Part shown: piece by piece, positions 50,615 through 62,675 of the stretch
Numbering within the stretch: position 1 is the stretch's first letter
Layout of the letters: each line of letters opens with the position of its first letter
NCBI RefSeq assembly: GCF_036365525.1
Contig: NC_090404.1
Coordinates: 3,162,001 to 3,226,000, forward strand
Reading direction: 5' to 3'
DNA length: 64,000 bases
Source: Heterodontus francisci
Taxonomy: Eukaryota
Translations under genes and position numbers: made by a program
The notes under the pieces: model-generated
Told to the model about the DNA's origin: nothing
The model's input: the letters and a program-made list of their open reading frames with translations, nothing else
Database searches by the model: none

Positions 50615-51842
50615 CACAGCCCTACATCCTTTAGCAAAAACTCCCTGTAGTCATTTTTTTTGGTCATTCGGGCAACTTTCTTTGAATACTTCAAAGCGTT
50701 GAGTGCCAAATTGTAATACTATTTGTAAAACCAATTTACATGTCCATTAGCATTAATTAGGCATCTATTGTTAATTATTCTGTTTATCAGTCAAACATAA
50801 CTAGCTTTCCAGTAAAAAGCTAACGCTTCGATTTATATATCCGTCCCTCCGAATGCTTCTCCATTAATGCTGAAAGTGCTACACTGTCTCAGTGCTTTCC
50901 TCAATTATTATCCTGGATTCTATATTTCACATGTCCTGTGCGAATAAGTCTCACAATTTCCTAACAAACAGGATGGGTTGTTAACAATTGAACCCAGTTA
51001 TGTTTTCTGACACTTTCCCTCCCCAATTTCAGTCAGTTCTTTCATTAATACGATTGCCATCGTATTTCTTCATTATCCTGTTATTAACCTCAACGGGTAG
51101 TAATTATGTTCCAGATTATATCCAGCATTTGTGTCTTTAATATAACTGAGATAGAATTATAAATAACATTTGAAATTTGATGCAACTAATCACCAAAACA
51201 ATTATGCATGATACTTTTAAACCAATAACTGAGAGTAGTCTCTGATCAAACTCACGCTCTGAAATAAAGCAATATATTTGAGTCCATTTGATGAGGCCAC
51301 TTTCCTAATAATCTCCTTATAATGTCTTCCTTATCACTATCACACTAGGTAAAATATTATTTGCAACTTTTTAACGAAAATTAGACACACGTGATTGCTA
51401 AAGGTCTATGATTATCAGTTAATTAAAACTGCTCAGTATCACTACACAGCACAAGACAGCAGAAATAGATACCAATTCCAACTCCACGTACAATTTCTGC
51501 AGCTTTTGTGAGGGCCACAAAAAAATTGCAAAAATTAAGAGCAATTCAAATGGTTGTAATGCAATTAAGCTCATCAGCAAACTTGTCATGCAGAACCGTG
51601 TAAAGCCTTAAAGCCTTCATCACAGTAATAACGAACAGCCTATATTGTTTGGAGAGTCACAGATGAGTTCAAATTAGTGTTAGATGTTTCACAAATGTCA
51701 GCATCAATTGTGATAAATATCATTTTATTTTGAAGTTGAATAATTCTAGGTGTTAAGACTAAAGAAGTGATTTAATGTGATTTATGGAGCAGATAGTCTA
51801 TTGGAGAGAAAAGGAAGAACATGGAGATGTAAAATCACTTAC

Positions 51843-51902
51843 TGGGTTGAACTTTGAGCTCAGTCCCAGCTCCAAATATCACCTTGAAGGAGTCAGCACT
51901 CA
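51843..51902 (-). pseudogene. TRAJ: J-alpha family E with defective RSS: SADSFKVIFGAGTELKVQP
   Basis: Heptamer CTCATCA 51903, as at 44225. Confidence 0.8.
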
Positions 51903-52144
51903 CTCATCATTACACCCCTCAACAAAAATCCTTTCTTTAACAATGATTCATCTCCCTGACACATTCCTAATTCACTTTAAGAACATCCCCTCACGGTGCT
52001 TGAAATAGATCATTTCCAAATTAGGTATTCACACCAGTGTGGACCAAGTTATGTGAAACTGATTCATACTTCAATTAATTTGATGACATGCTTTTCTTTA
52101 CTGTTCCAACATATAGAACTGAAATCCCTAAACATCTCACTTAC

Positions 52145-52195
52145 TGGGTATAACCTGGAGCCTGATCCAAAAATCAGCTTATTTAGCGAGGTTCA
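52145..52195 (-). pseudogene. TRAJ: J-alpha family F pseudogene
   Basis: Same 7-nt deletion and dead heptamer. Confidence 0.78.
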
Positions 52196-52876
52196 ATCTG
52201 CCTGATATACTAAAACCTTTCCCAGACATTACATCACCTGTTGTTTATTCAAGAACCGTCTGTATTTTGAGTTATGTTTTGGAATATTTACCTCTGCCTT
52301 TAAAATATGACTCACAAACTGTTACTATCTGCCATACCAATTACATTTTACATAGAATTGCATCGAATGTGCAGCACATAAACAGGCCATTCGGGCGAAT
52401 TCCATCACACACACATCTCATCTCATTCCATTCCATCTCACCCTCTCTGTATATCCATTTGTTCTTTTCTCCATCATTTATTTATCTAGCTTCCCCTTAA
52501 ATGCATCTGGGCTATTCAGATAAACTATTCCTTGTGGCAGCAAGTTCCACATTCTCACCAGTCTCTGGGTGAAGGAGTTTCTCCTGAATTCCATATTAGA
52601 TTTATTAGTGATTATCTTATATTGATGACCCTTACTTTTAGTCTGCCAACAAGTGGAAAAATCTTCTCTTTGCCTCTCTTATCAAACCCCTTCTTAATGT
52701 TAAAGACCTCTTGACTGCTGAGCTGTGTGTTTTCTAGGGAAATGGTCCCCAGTTTGTTGAGTATTTCTTGATAGTTATTATTTAGCTTTAATTGTGAACA
52801 ACTAGCAATACTTATTAACAAAACAATGCTTTACTAATAATATCATAATAAAAATACAGAACTGAAATTCACTTAC

Positions 52877-52933
52877 TAGGTTCCACAATTAGTTTGGTCC
52901 CAGATCCAAATGTCAGCTTACCAAAGTTATTCA
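52877..52933 (-). other. TRAJ: J-alpha family A: NNFGKLTFGSGTKLIVEP
   Basis: CACAGCA 52934, 12 bp, GCAGAAACC; GT donor. Confidence 0.92.
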
Positions 52934-53267
52934 CACAGCATTACAAGCCAGTGCAGAAACCCTTTTAGCTGATGTCTATTATATAGACAGTCCAAGAAAT
53001 GAACTGTATATTATATTTATGGATTATTAATATTCCAATTTAGATTTTTAACAAATGTCGAATATTGCATATTTTCCATCTCATTCAAATCAATATAGTT
53101 TCAATCAGTGTCACACATCAGTACTAGTTAGTACACAGTGTTAAACTAGAGTTTAATTTTGTGCTTGGTGTACAATGACAACCTGTACATTATTTTGACA
53201 ACAATTCATAATTTGTTTGTAAACTAATTTGCATGGTCATTTTGAGGAGCTATAAGTGAGTTCTTAC

Positions 53268-53330
53268 CAGGAGTGACAATAAGTTTGGTGCCTCCTCCAA
53301 ATACCATTGCACCATATCCTCCAGTAGCCA
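53268..53330 (-). other. TRAJ: J-alpha family B: ATGGYGAMVFGGGTKLIVTP
   Basis: CACAGTA 53331, 12 bp, ACAAGAACT; GT donor. Confidence 0.92.
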
Positions 53331-53538
53331 CACAGTAACTGATCCCTTTACAAGAACTCAGGATAGTGCTGGTTCCCTACTTACCACTATGATCACCACT
53401 GATTTATTCTCATTGTCGTTTCAATGAGTTGAATTCAGCAACCAATCTAATTGTTCTACTTTCTAGAATATTCATGACAATTCTTTAATTTATTTAAATC
53501 TGATTTGTCATATTATTCCTTCATAGTACAACACTTAA

Positions 53539-53581
53539 TGGGTCCCACTTCCAAAAATAAGCTTTATGATCCCTGTATTCT
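53539..53581 (-). pseudogene. TRAJ: J-alpha family C pseudogene (NTGIIKLIFGSGT...)
   Basis: Heptamer absent while spacer 53582-53593 and nonamer 53594-53602 remain; 17-nt deletion in framework; donor GT>TT. Confidence 0.85.
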
Positions 53582-54153
53582 CTACACTGCCAAACAAAAA
53601 CCTTCTGAATGAATTATTATTCTTTGTCTATCTTAATTTTGCAATTTGCTTGTTCACTTTGCATGTATATTTTCACCTACCTATCAGCTATCTATTTCAC
53701 ATTCAGTACACAAATACATACATATAAAGAGGTATCAGAGCGTATCAACAAAAGGCTCCCCTTGGCAATTACATTTGTTTAACGTTGATGAATTAATTTT
53801 AGCTTTACAATAATATTGCATTAGAAAAAAATGACTTCACAGTTCTGTCCAACTGGTCTATTCCAGTGTTTCTGCTCCACAGGATCTTCCGCCTACCTTC
53901 TTTATCTGATCCTATCTGGATATTTTTCTATTCCTTTCTCCCTGCTGTAATTATCCAGCTTCCCCTTAAATCCATACATGATCCTCACCTAAAAACCTTC
54001 ATCAAGTTAATCTCCACAAAACAAAGCAGCCTACATGTTCCAAAATTCACGATTAATTGAACACCTAGAAACATTATTTGCTTCATTACAGGCCGTTCAG
54101 AGCACATACACATGTATGTAATAGATAACATACAGTTAATAATGAATACCTAC

Positions 54154-54216
54154 TTGGCGCCACAGTTAACTTTGTCCCTTTTCCAAAGATAAGCTTATTG
54201 GCAGCTCCAAGATGCA
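54154..54216 (-). other. TRAJ: J-alpha family D: HLGAANKLIFGKGTKLTVAP
   Basis: CACAGCA 54217, 12 bp, GCAAAAACT; GT donor. Confidence 0.92.
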
Positions 54217-55523
54217 CACAGCATTGTATCCTTTAGCAAAAACTCCCTTCAGATTTAGTGTCGTAATGCTTTGCTCATTCTGGCAACTATATTTGAATAC
54301 TTGGCTTCGTTCAATGCCATAATACTGACACTGTCTGTACAAACTGGTTCGATACATCCATTGACGTTTATTAGGCATATCTATTTTTAATTATTCTGAT
54401 CATCTCTCAAGCACAACTAATTTTCCATTAAAAAGCTAAGGCATCGATTTATATATCAATCTCTCTCAATACTTCTCCAGAACTTCCTAAAATGCTACAC
54501 TCTCTCAGTGCTTTCCTCAATTATTATCCTGGATGATATATTTCATATGTAGTGTGTGAACACATCTCATAATTTCCTATCAAACAGGATGATCTGTTAA
54601 CAATTGAACCCAGTTATGATTCCTAACACGTTTCTCTCACAATTTCAGTTGGTTGTTTCATTAATGAAATCTTAGGTTGTTCTATTGGAATCGTATTTCT
54701 TTATTATCCTGTAGTTAACCTCAGTTGCTGGTAATTATTTTCCAGATTTTGACTAGCAACAGTGTCTTCAATTGGATGTAGAATTATAGATAACATTTGG
54801 GATTTGATTAAAAAAACACTATGCAACTAAGTAACAATAATAATTATGTATTGACATACATTTTAAACCAATAACTAAAGTAGTCACTGATCAAACCTAA
54901 TCCGAAATAAAGTCGACATGCAACTGACTCTCTGAACTAAAGCAATAACGTTGAGACAATTTGATGAGACCATTTTCTGATGCAGCAATCACCTTATAAA
55001 GTCTTCCTGATCATTATCACACAAGGTAAAATATTCTTGACAATATTTTTAATGCAAATTAGAACACGTCATTGCTAAAAGTCTAAGATCACCATTTAAT
55101 TAAAATTGCTCACTATCTCTACACAGCATTAGAAAGCAGAGGTATGTATTAATTCCAACTCTGTGTACGTTTTATACAGAATTTGCAGGGGCAAAAAAAA
55201 AAAGAATCTAATGGAAAATTAAGAGGAATGGAACGGTTAAAATGTAATTGAGCAAACCACCATACTTATCATGCAGAAACCTGTATTGTCTTAAAGTCCT
55301 GACCTCAGTACTAACTAACACCCTATATTCTTTGGAGAGTCACAGATGGGTCCAAAATAGTGCTGGATGTATCAAGAGTGTCAACACCAATTGTACTAAA
55401 CGTCAGATATTTTGCAGTTGAATAAGTATGGATGTGAAGACTAAAGAAGGGATTTAATGTGATTTATTTAGGAGCTAGTCTATTGGAGAATAAAAAAAAA
55501 CATGGAGATGTAAAACAACTTAC

Positions 55524-55583
55524 TGGGTTGAACTTTGAGCTCAGTCCTAGCTTCAGATATCACCTTGACAGAGTTAGCACTCA
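55524..55583 (-). pseudogene. TRAJ: J-alpha family E lacking FGXG: SANSVKVISEARTELKVQP
   Basis: CACACCA 55584, 12 bp, ACAAACATC; donor intact; FGAG changed to SEAR. Confidence 0.8.
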
Positions 55584-55830
55584 CACACCATTACACCCCT
55601 CAACAAACATCCTTTCCTTAAGAATGATTAATCTCCCTGTCACATTCCTAATTCACATTAAAAACATCTCCTCATGGTGCTTGAGGTAGATCATTTCCAA
55701 ATTACATATTCACAATGATGAGGGCCAAATGATGTAAAACTAATTTGATCTATATTTTAATTAATTTGATGACATGCTTTTCTTTACTGTTCTAACACAT
55801 AAAACAGACATCCTGAAATATCTCCATTAC

Positions 55831-55859
55831 TAGATATAACATAGAGCCTCGTCCCTGAT
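55831..55859 (-). pseudogene. TRAJ: J-alpha family F remnant (5' part and RSS deleted)
   Basis: Homologous position; a deletion joins it to the CR1 relic. Confidence 0.6.
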
Positions 55860-56137
55860 TTATTAGTAATTATCTTATGTTGCTGACCCCTATTTATAGT
55901 CTCCCAACAAGTGGAAAAATCTTCTCTTTGCTTCCCCTACAAAACACTGTCTTAATGTTAAACACCTCGAATAATTGACCCCTCTGCTGTGTGTTTTCTA
56001 GATAAATGACAAACAGCCTGTTTAGTATTTTTGATAGTTATTTAACTTTAATTGCAAACAATTGACGAAATTATTAACAACCCAATGTTTTTACTAATAT
56101 TATCATCATAAAAAATACGGAATTAAACTTCACTTAC

Positions 56138-56194
56138 TAGGTTGTACAATTAGCTTGGTCCCAGATCCAAATGTTAGCTTATCAAAATTGTTCA
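56138..56194 (-). other. TRAJ: J-alpha family A: NNFDKLTFGSGTKLIVQP
   Basis: CACAGCA 56195, 12 bp, GCAGAAACT; GT donor. Confidence 0.92.
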
Positions 56195-56531
56195 CACAGC
56201 ATTACATACCAGTGCAGAAACTCATTTACCTGATGCCTATTATATAGACTATCCACGAAATGAACTCTACATTGTATTTATGGATTATCAATACTCCAAG
56301 TTAGATGTTTAACAGATGCTGAATTCTGCATATTTCCAATTTCATTCAAATCGATGTAGTTTCAAACAATCTCACACGTTAGTATTAGTTATCACACAGT
56401 TTAAAGCTAGAGTTCAGTTTTGTTTAGATCTGCTTGGTGTCTATTGACAATAGATTATGTTGACCAGAATTCACTGTTTACTTGTACACTAATTTGATGA
56501 TAATTTTGAGGAACTATAATTGAGTTCTTAC

Positions 56532-56594
56532 CAAGATTAACAATGAGTTTGGTGCCTACTCCAAATACCATTTTACCATATCCTGTAGAATCCA
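56532..56594 (-). other. TRAJ: J-alpha family B: DSTGYGKMVFGVGTKLIVNL
   Basis: CACAGTA 56595, 12 bp, ACAAGAACC; GT donor. Confidence 0.92.
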
Positions 56595-56798
56595 CACAGT
56601 AACTGATCCCTTTACAAGAACCCAGGATAGTGCTGGTTCCCATGTACCACGACTGTCACCATTATTTTTCCCATTGTCATTTCAACGACATGAATTAAGT
56701 AAGCAATCTCATTGTTCTATTTTATAGATTATTCATACAATTCTTTAATTTCTTTTTGTCAGCTTTGTGACATTATTATTTCAAAATACAACACTTAC

Positions 56799-56858
56799 TG
56801 GGTTCCACGATTAGTCTGGTACCACTTCCAAAAATAAGCTTGTCAGTTCCAACATTCA
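56799..56858 (-). other. TRAJ: J-alpha family C: NVGTDKLIFGSGTRLIVEP
   Basis: CACAGCC 56859, 12 bp, ACAAAAACC; GT donor. Confidence 0.93.
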
Positions 56859-57470
56859 CACAGCCCTACACTGCCTAACAAAAACCTTCTATCTTACTGT
56901 TGCAATTTAAAGTGAACAGGCACCCATTTTACCTGCTCATTTTACATATGTATTTTCATCTATTTATCTCTCTAGGTACATATAGGAACAATAACTTTGT
57001 GATTCATATATTGCATAGACACGTGCATAGGCACATAAATATATAGAGGCATCACTGTATATCAATAAAAGACCCCCCATGGCAATTATATTTGTTTTTG
57101 AGGTAATTATAACACTTTAATAATATTACATTACAAAGAATTTACATCTGAGAAACAGGCTATTCCGTCCAACTGGTCTATTCCAGCATTTCTGTTGGAC
57201 ACGTGATTCTGCCCACCCTTTTACTCTAATCCTATCAGGCTCTTCCTCTAATCCTTTCTCCATGCTGTACTTATCCACCTTCCCCTTCAATCCACACACA
57301 CTATTTGGCTCAAGACCTCCATATGGTAGCAAGTTCCATACTCCAAAGTGAAGTGGCATAAATGTTCCAACATTCAGGAATGTTGAACATATAGAGAAAT
57401 TATTTTATTCAGAGAACATGCATATGTAAGTAAGTGCATAAATAGTCTACAGTTATTAATGAATACTTAC

Positions 57471-57533
57471 TTGGCTCCACAGTTAACTTTGTCCCCTTTC
57501 CAAAGATAAGCTTATAGCCACCTTCAGCATTCA
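57471..57533 (-). other. TRAJ: J-alpha family D: NAEGGYKLIFGKGTKLTVEP
   Basis: CACAGCA 57534, 12 bp, GCAAAAACT; GT donor. Confidence 0.93.
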
Positions 57534-58207
57534 CACAGCATTACGTCCTTCAGCAAAAACTCCCTTAAGACACACTGTAGTAATGTTTTTCTACATCTCG
57601 CAGCTATACTTGAATACTTTGCATCATCCAATGTCACAATAGTGACAGTATCTGCACAAACCGTTTTTACATGTCCATTGACATAAGTTAGGAATATCTA
57701 GTTTTAATTATTCTGTTTTAAAGTTAAGGCTACAATTTATATATCAGTACCTCCAAATGCTTCCCCACGTACTTCTGAAAGTGCTATGCTTTCTCAGTGC
57801 TTTCCTGAATTATCATCCTGGATTATATATTTCATTTGTAGTGTGTGGATAGATCTCATAATTTCCTAACAAACAGGATGGGCTGTTAATAGCTGAACCA
57901 GTTTATGATTTATGACACTTTTCTATCCCAATTTCAGTCAGTTCATTCATTAATGAAACTTTAAGTTGTTCTATTGAAATTATATTTCTATTTATCCTGT
58001 TGTTAATCTCAATGGTTGGTAATTCTGTTCCAGATTATTACCAGCATCAGTGTCTTTAATATAATTGAGGTAGAATTATAGATAACATTTGGAATTTTAT
58101 TAAAAGCACCATGCAAACAAATAACAATAATTATTAATTTCTAGATTATTCTTTAATTTCCTTTCAGTCACATTTGTGACATTATTTTTGCCTAAGAAAA
58201 CACTTAC

Positions 58208-58267
58208 TGGGTTCCACGATTAGTCTGGTCCCACTTCCAAAAATAAGCTTGATGTTTCCATCCCTCA
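58208..58267 (-). other. TRAJ: J-alpha family C: RDGNIKLIFGSGTRLIVEP
   Basis: CACAGCC 58268, 12 bp, ACAAAAACT; GT donor. Confidence 0.93.
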
Positions 58268-58911
58268 CACAGCCCTACACTGCCTAACAAAAACTTACTG
58301 TGTTAATTATCATTCTTTGCCTATTTAACCATTGCAACTGAAGTAACAGCCACCACTTTAACTTTTCATTTCTCATATATATTTTCATCTACCTCTCTAT
58401 CTCTGTCTACTTACATCTAGGAATAATAACTTAGTGCTTCATGTATTGAATAGACAGCCAGATAGATACATAAATATATAAACGCATCAGTGCATATAAA
58501 AAAACACCTCTTGGAAATTATATTTGCTTAATGTTGATGAATTAATGTTAACATTATGATAATATTACACGACACAGTATCTACATCACAGAAACAGGCT
58601 GTTCCTTCTAACTAGTCTATTCCAGCGTTTTTGTTCCACATGAGCTTCCTCCCACCCTCTTTCTCTAATCCTATCAGAGTACTCTTCAACTCCATTCTCC
58701 CCTTCTGGACTTATCCACCTTCCCCTTAAATTTATCCATGCTACTCGCCTCAACTACTTCATGTGGTGTCAAGTTACAGACTCCAAAATGAAATGTTACA
58801 ATATTCAGAAATGCTGAAGATACAGAGAGATTATTTGATTGATTATTGGCAGCACAGAGAACATATACATGTATGTAAATGGATAGTCAATAGTTATGAA
58901 TGAATACCTAC

Positions 58912-58974
58912 TTGGCTCCACAGTTAACTTCGTCCCTTTCCCAAAGATGAGCTTATAGCCAGCTACAACATTCA
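58912..58974 (-). other. TRAJ: J-alpha family D: NVVAGYKLIFGKGTKLTVEP
   Basis: CACAGCA 58975, 12 bp, A-rich nonamer at 58994; GT donor. Confidence 0.93.
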
Positions 58975-59689
58975 CACAGCATTGCATCCTTTAGCAAAAA
59001 ACCCCTTCATATTTACTGTAGCAATTTATTTGCTCATTCTGGCACCTATATTTGAATACTTGGCATAGTCCTATGCCATAATAGTGACACTATCTGCACA
59101 AATAATTTTACATGACTATTGACATTTATTAGGCATATTTATTGTATTTTTTCTGTTTTCCATGGAAACATGACTGATTTTACTTTACAAAGCTAAGGCT
59201 ACAATTTATATATCAGTCCCTCTGAATGCTTCCCAGTACTTCTGAAAGTGCTATGCTCTCTCGGTGCTTTCCTGAATTGTAATCCTAGATTATATATTTC
59301 ATATGTAGTGTGCGGATATATCTCATAATTTCCTAACAAACAGGCTGTTAATAATTGAACCAGGTTATGATTCCCAGCACATTTCTCTGCCAATTTCAGT
59401 CGGTTCTTTCATTCATGAAACCTTAAATTGTTCTATTGAAATTGCATTTCTTTATTATCCTGTAGTTAACCTCAATGGGTGGCAATTATATTCCAGATTA
59501 TTATCAGAATCAGTGTCTTTAATATAATTGAAGTAGAATTGTAGATAACATTTGAAATTTGATATAACACCGTGCAACTAACTAACAATAAACAATCTTA
59601 TTGTTTCTTTTTCTAGATTATTCATGGTAATTCTTTCATTTCTTTTCAATCGGTTTTGTGACATTATTCTTTCACGAGGTAACACTTAC

Positions 59690-59749
59690 TAGGTTCCACA
59701 ATTAGCCTGGTCCCATTTCCAAAAATAAGCTTGTTGCTTCCATCCCTCA
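59690..59749 (-). other. TRAJ: J-alpha family C: RDGSNKLIFGNGTRLIVEP
   Basis: CACAGCC 59750, 12 bp, ACAAAAACC; GT donor. Confidence 0.93.
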
Positions 59750-60391
59750 CACAGCCTTACACTGCCTAACAAAAACCTTCCTGTTAATTATTATTCAGCG
59801 TCTATGTTCTCATTGAAATTTAAAGTAAACAGGCGCCATTTTCACTTTTTAATTTCACATATATATTTTCATCTACCTCTCCACATCTATCTACCATCAT
59901 ATAGGAATATAACTTAGTTCTTCATATAGACAGATACATAAATATATAAATATATGGAGGCATTAGTGCACATCGAAATCCACCCCTTGCCAATTATATG
60001 TGCTTCAAGTTGAGGAATTAATTTTTAACATTATAATAATATTATATTTCATAGAATCTACACCACACAAACAGGCTGTTCTATCCAACTGGTCTACTCC
60101 CGAGTTTCTGCACCATATGAACTTCCTACCACCCTCTTTATCTAACCCTATCAGGGTATTGTTCTATTTCTTTCTCTCTGCTGTACTGACCCAGCTTCCC
60201 TTAAATTTATCCATGCTACTAGCCTCAATTACTCCATGTGGTATCAATTTACAGACTCCAAAATGAAATGTTGCCATATTCAGAAATCTTGAAGATATAG
60301 AGAAATTATGTGATTCATCGTAGGCAATGCCAGAGAATATAAACATGTATGTACGTGGATAGATAGTCCGTAGTCATTAATGAATACCTAC

Positions 60392-60454
60392 TTGGTACCA
60401 CAGTTAACTTCGTCCCTTTTCCAAAGACGAGATTAGTACCAGTGCCAGCATTCA
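60392..60454 (-). other. TRAJ: J-alpha family D: NAGTGTNLVFGKGTKLTVVP
   Basis: CACAGTA 60455, 12 bp, GCAAAAACT; GT donor. Confidence 0.93.
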
Positions 60455-61158
60455 CACAGTATTGCATCCTTTAGCAAAAACTCTCTTCAGATTTACTGTA
60501 ATAATGTGTTTGCTTCTCTTTAGGAACTATATTTAAATACTTGGCATTGTCAAATGCCAGAATAATGATGGTATCTGTACAAATCGTTGTTACATGACCA
60601 TTGACATTAATGAGGCGTATCTCATTTTTAATTATTCTGCTTTCCACTCAAGAATAACACATTTTGCATTAAAAAGCTAAGGCTTCGAATCAGTCCTTCT
60701 GAATGCTTCCCCAGTACTTCTGAAATTGCTACACTCAGTGCTTTCCTGAATTATCATCCTGGATTGTATATTTTATATGTAGTGTGTGAATACACATCAC
60801 AATTTCCTAACAAACAAGATGGGCTGTTAACAATTGCACCCAGTTATCTTTCCTGACACTTTTCAATCCCACTTCCACTCTTTCCTTCATTAATGCAACC
60901 TTAGGTCGTTCTATTGGAATCGCCTTTCTTTATTATCCTGTAGTTAACCTCAATGGCTGGTAATCATGTTCCAGATTATTACCAGCATCATTGTCTTTAA
61001 TATAATTGAGGTGGAATTATAGATAACATTTGGAAGTTGATAAAAACACCATGCAACTAAATAAGAATAATTGATCCATTTTCTAAATTATTTATGACAA
61101 TTCTTTACTTTCTTTTCAATAAGATTTGTGAGATTATTCTTCATAAGACAACACTTAC

Positions 61159-61218
61159 TGGGTTCCACGATTAGTCTGGTCCCACTTCCAAAAATAAGCT
61201 TGATGCCTGCATCCTTCA
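61159..61218 (-). other. TRAJ: J-alpha family C: KDAGIKLIFGSGTRLIVEP
   Basis: CACAGCC 61219, 12 bp, ACAAAAACC; GT donor. Confidence 0.93.
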
Positions 61219-61831
61219 CACAGCCCTACACTGCCTAACAAAAACCTGCTGAGTTCATTATTATTCTTTGCTCATTTTACCATTGCAATTTGAAGCAATA
61301 GCCACCACGTTAACTTTTTCATTTCACATATATATTTTCATCTACCTCTCTGCCTACATATAGGAATAATAACATAGTGCTTCATGTATTGCATAGACAG
61401 CCACATAGATACATAAATATATAAACGCATTGGTGCATATCAAAAGCCACCCCTTGCCAATTTTATTTGCTTAATGTTAAATTAATATTAACAATATAAT
61501 AATATTACATTGCACAGTATCTCCACCACAGATACAGGCTGTTCTATCCAACTGGTCTATTCTGTTCCACATGAGCTTCCTCCCACCCTCTTTCTCTAAT
61601 CCAATCAGGGTACTCTTCGATTCCTTTCTCCCCTTCTGTACGTATCCTGCTTCCCCTTAAATTTATCCGTGCTCCTCGCCTCAACAACACCATGTGGTGT
61701 CAAGTTACAGACTCCAAAATGAAATGTTATTATCTCCAGAAATGTTGAAGATATAGAGAGATTATGTGATTGATTGTTGGCCGTACACATATATGTGAGT
61801 GTAGTGTCTATAGTTATTAATGAATACCTAC

Positions 61832-61894
61832 TTGGTTCCACAGTTAACTTTGTCCCTTTTCCAAAGATAAGTTTATTGCCAACTCCAGTGTTCA
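61832..61894 (-). other. TRAJ: J-alpha family D: NTGVGNKLIFGKGTKLTVEP
   Basis: CACAGTA 61895, 12 bp, GCAAAAACT; GT donor. Confidence 0.93.
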
Positions 61895-62615
61895 CACAGT
61901 ATTGCATCCTTTAGCAAAAACTCTCTTCAGCTATAATGTTGTTAAATGATGCTTATTTTGACAGCTATATATGAATATTCGGCATCACCTATGTCATAAT
62001 AGTGACACTATATGTACAAATCGTTTTTCCAAGACCTTTGACATTGGTTAGGTATATCTATTTTTAATTGTTCGGTTTTCCACTCAAGGCTAAAGCTTTT
62101 TCATTAAAAAGCTAAGGCTTCGATTTATATATCAGTCCGTTTGAATGCTACCCCAGTACTTCTGAAATTGTTACACTCTCTGAGTACTTCAGTGAACTAT
62201 CATCCTGGATTATAGATTTTATATGCAGTGTGTGGAGGCATCTCACAATTTTCTAACAAGCAGGATGGGCTGTTAACAATTGAACTCAGTTATGATTCCT
62301 GACATTTTTATCTCTCAATTCCAGTCAGCTCCTTCATTGATTAAACCTTAGGTTGTTCTATTGAAATTGCATTTCTTTATTATCCTGTAGTCAACATCAA
62401 TGGCTAGTAATTATGTTCCAGATTATTACCAGATTCACTGTCTTCAATATAATTGAGGTAGAATTACAGATGACATTTGGAATTTGAAAAACACACAATT
62501 CAACTAAGTAACAATAAGCTATCTAATTGTTCCATTTTCTATATTATTCATGACAATTCTTTAATTTCTTTTCATTCAGATTTGTGACATTATTCTTTCA
62601 GAAGAAAACACTTAC

Positions 62616-62675
62616 TGGGTTCCACGATTAGTCTGGTCCCACTTCCAAAAATAAACTTGAAGTTTCCATCCCTCA
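62616..62675 (-). other. TRAJ: J-alpha family C: RDGNFKFIFGSGTRLIVEP
   Basis: CACAGCG 62676, 12 bp, ACAAAAACT; GT donor. Confidence 0.92.

Larger units (their letters stand above)
34790..58130. repeat. Tandem array of a ~3.7 kb six-J cassette (A-B-C-D-E-F plus embedded CR1 relics), about 6.5 copies
   Basis: Family-A Js at 35302, 37731, 41446, 45368, 49163, 52877, 56138 with homologous intergenic DNA. Confidence 0.92.
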
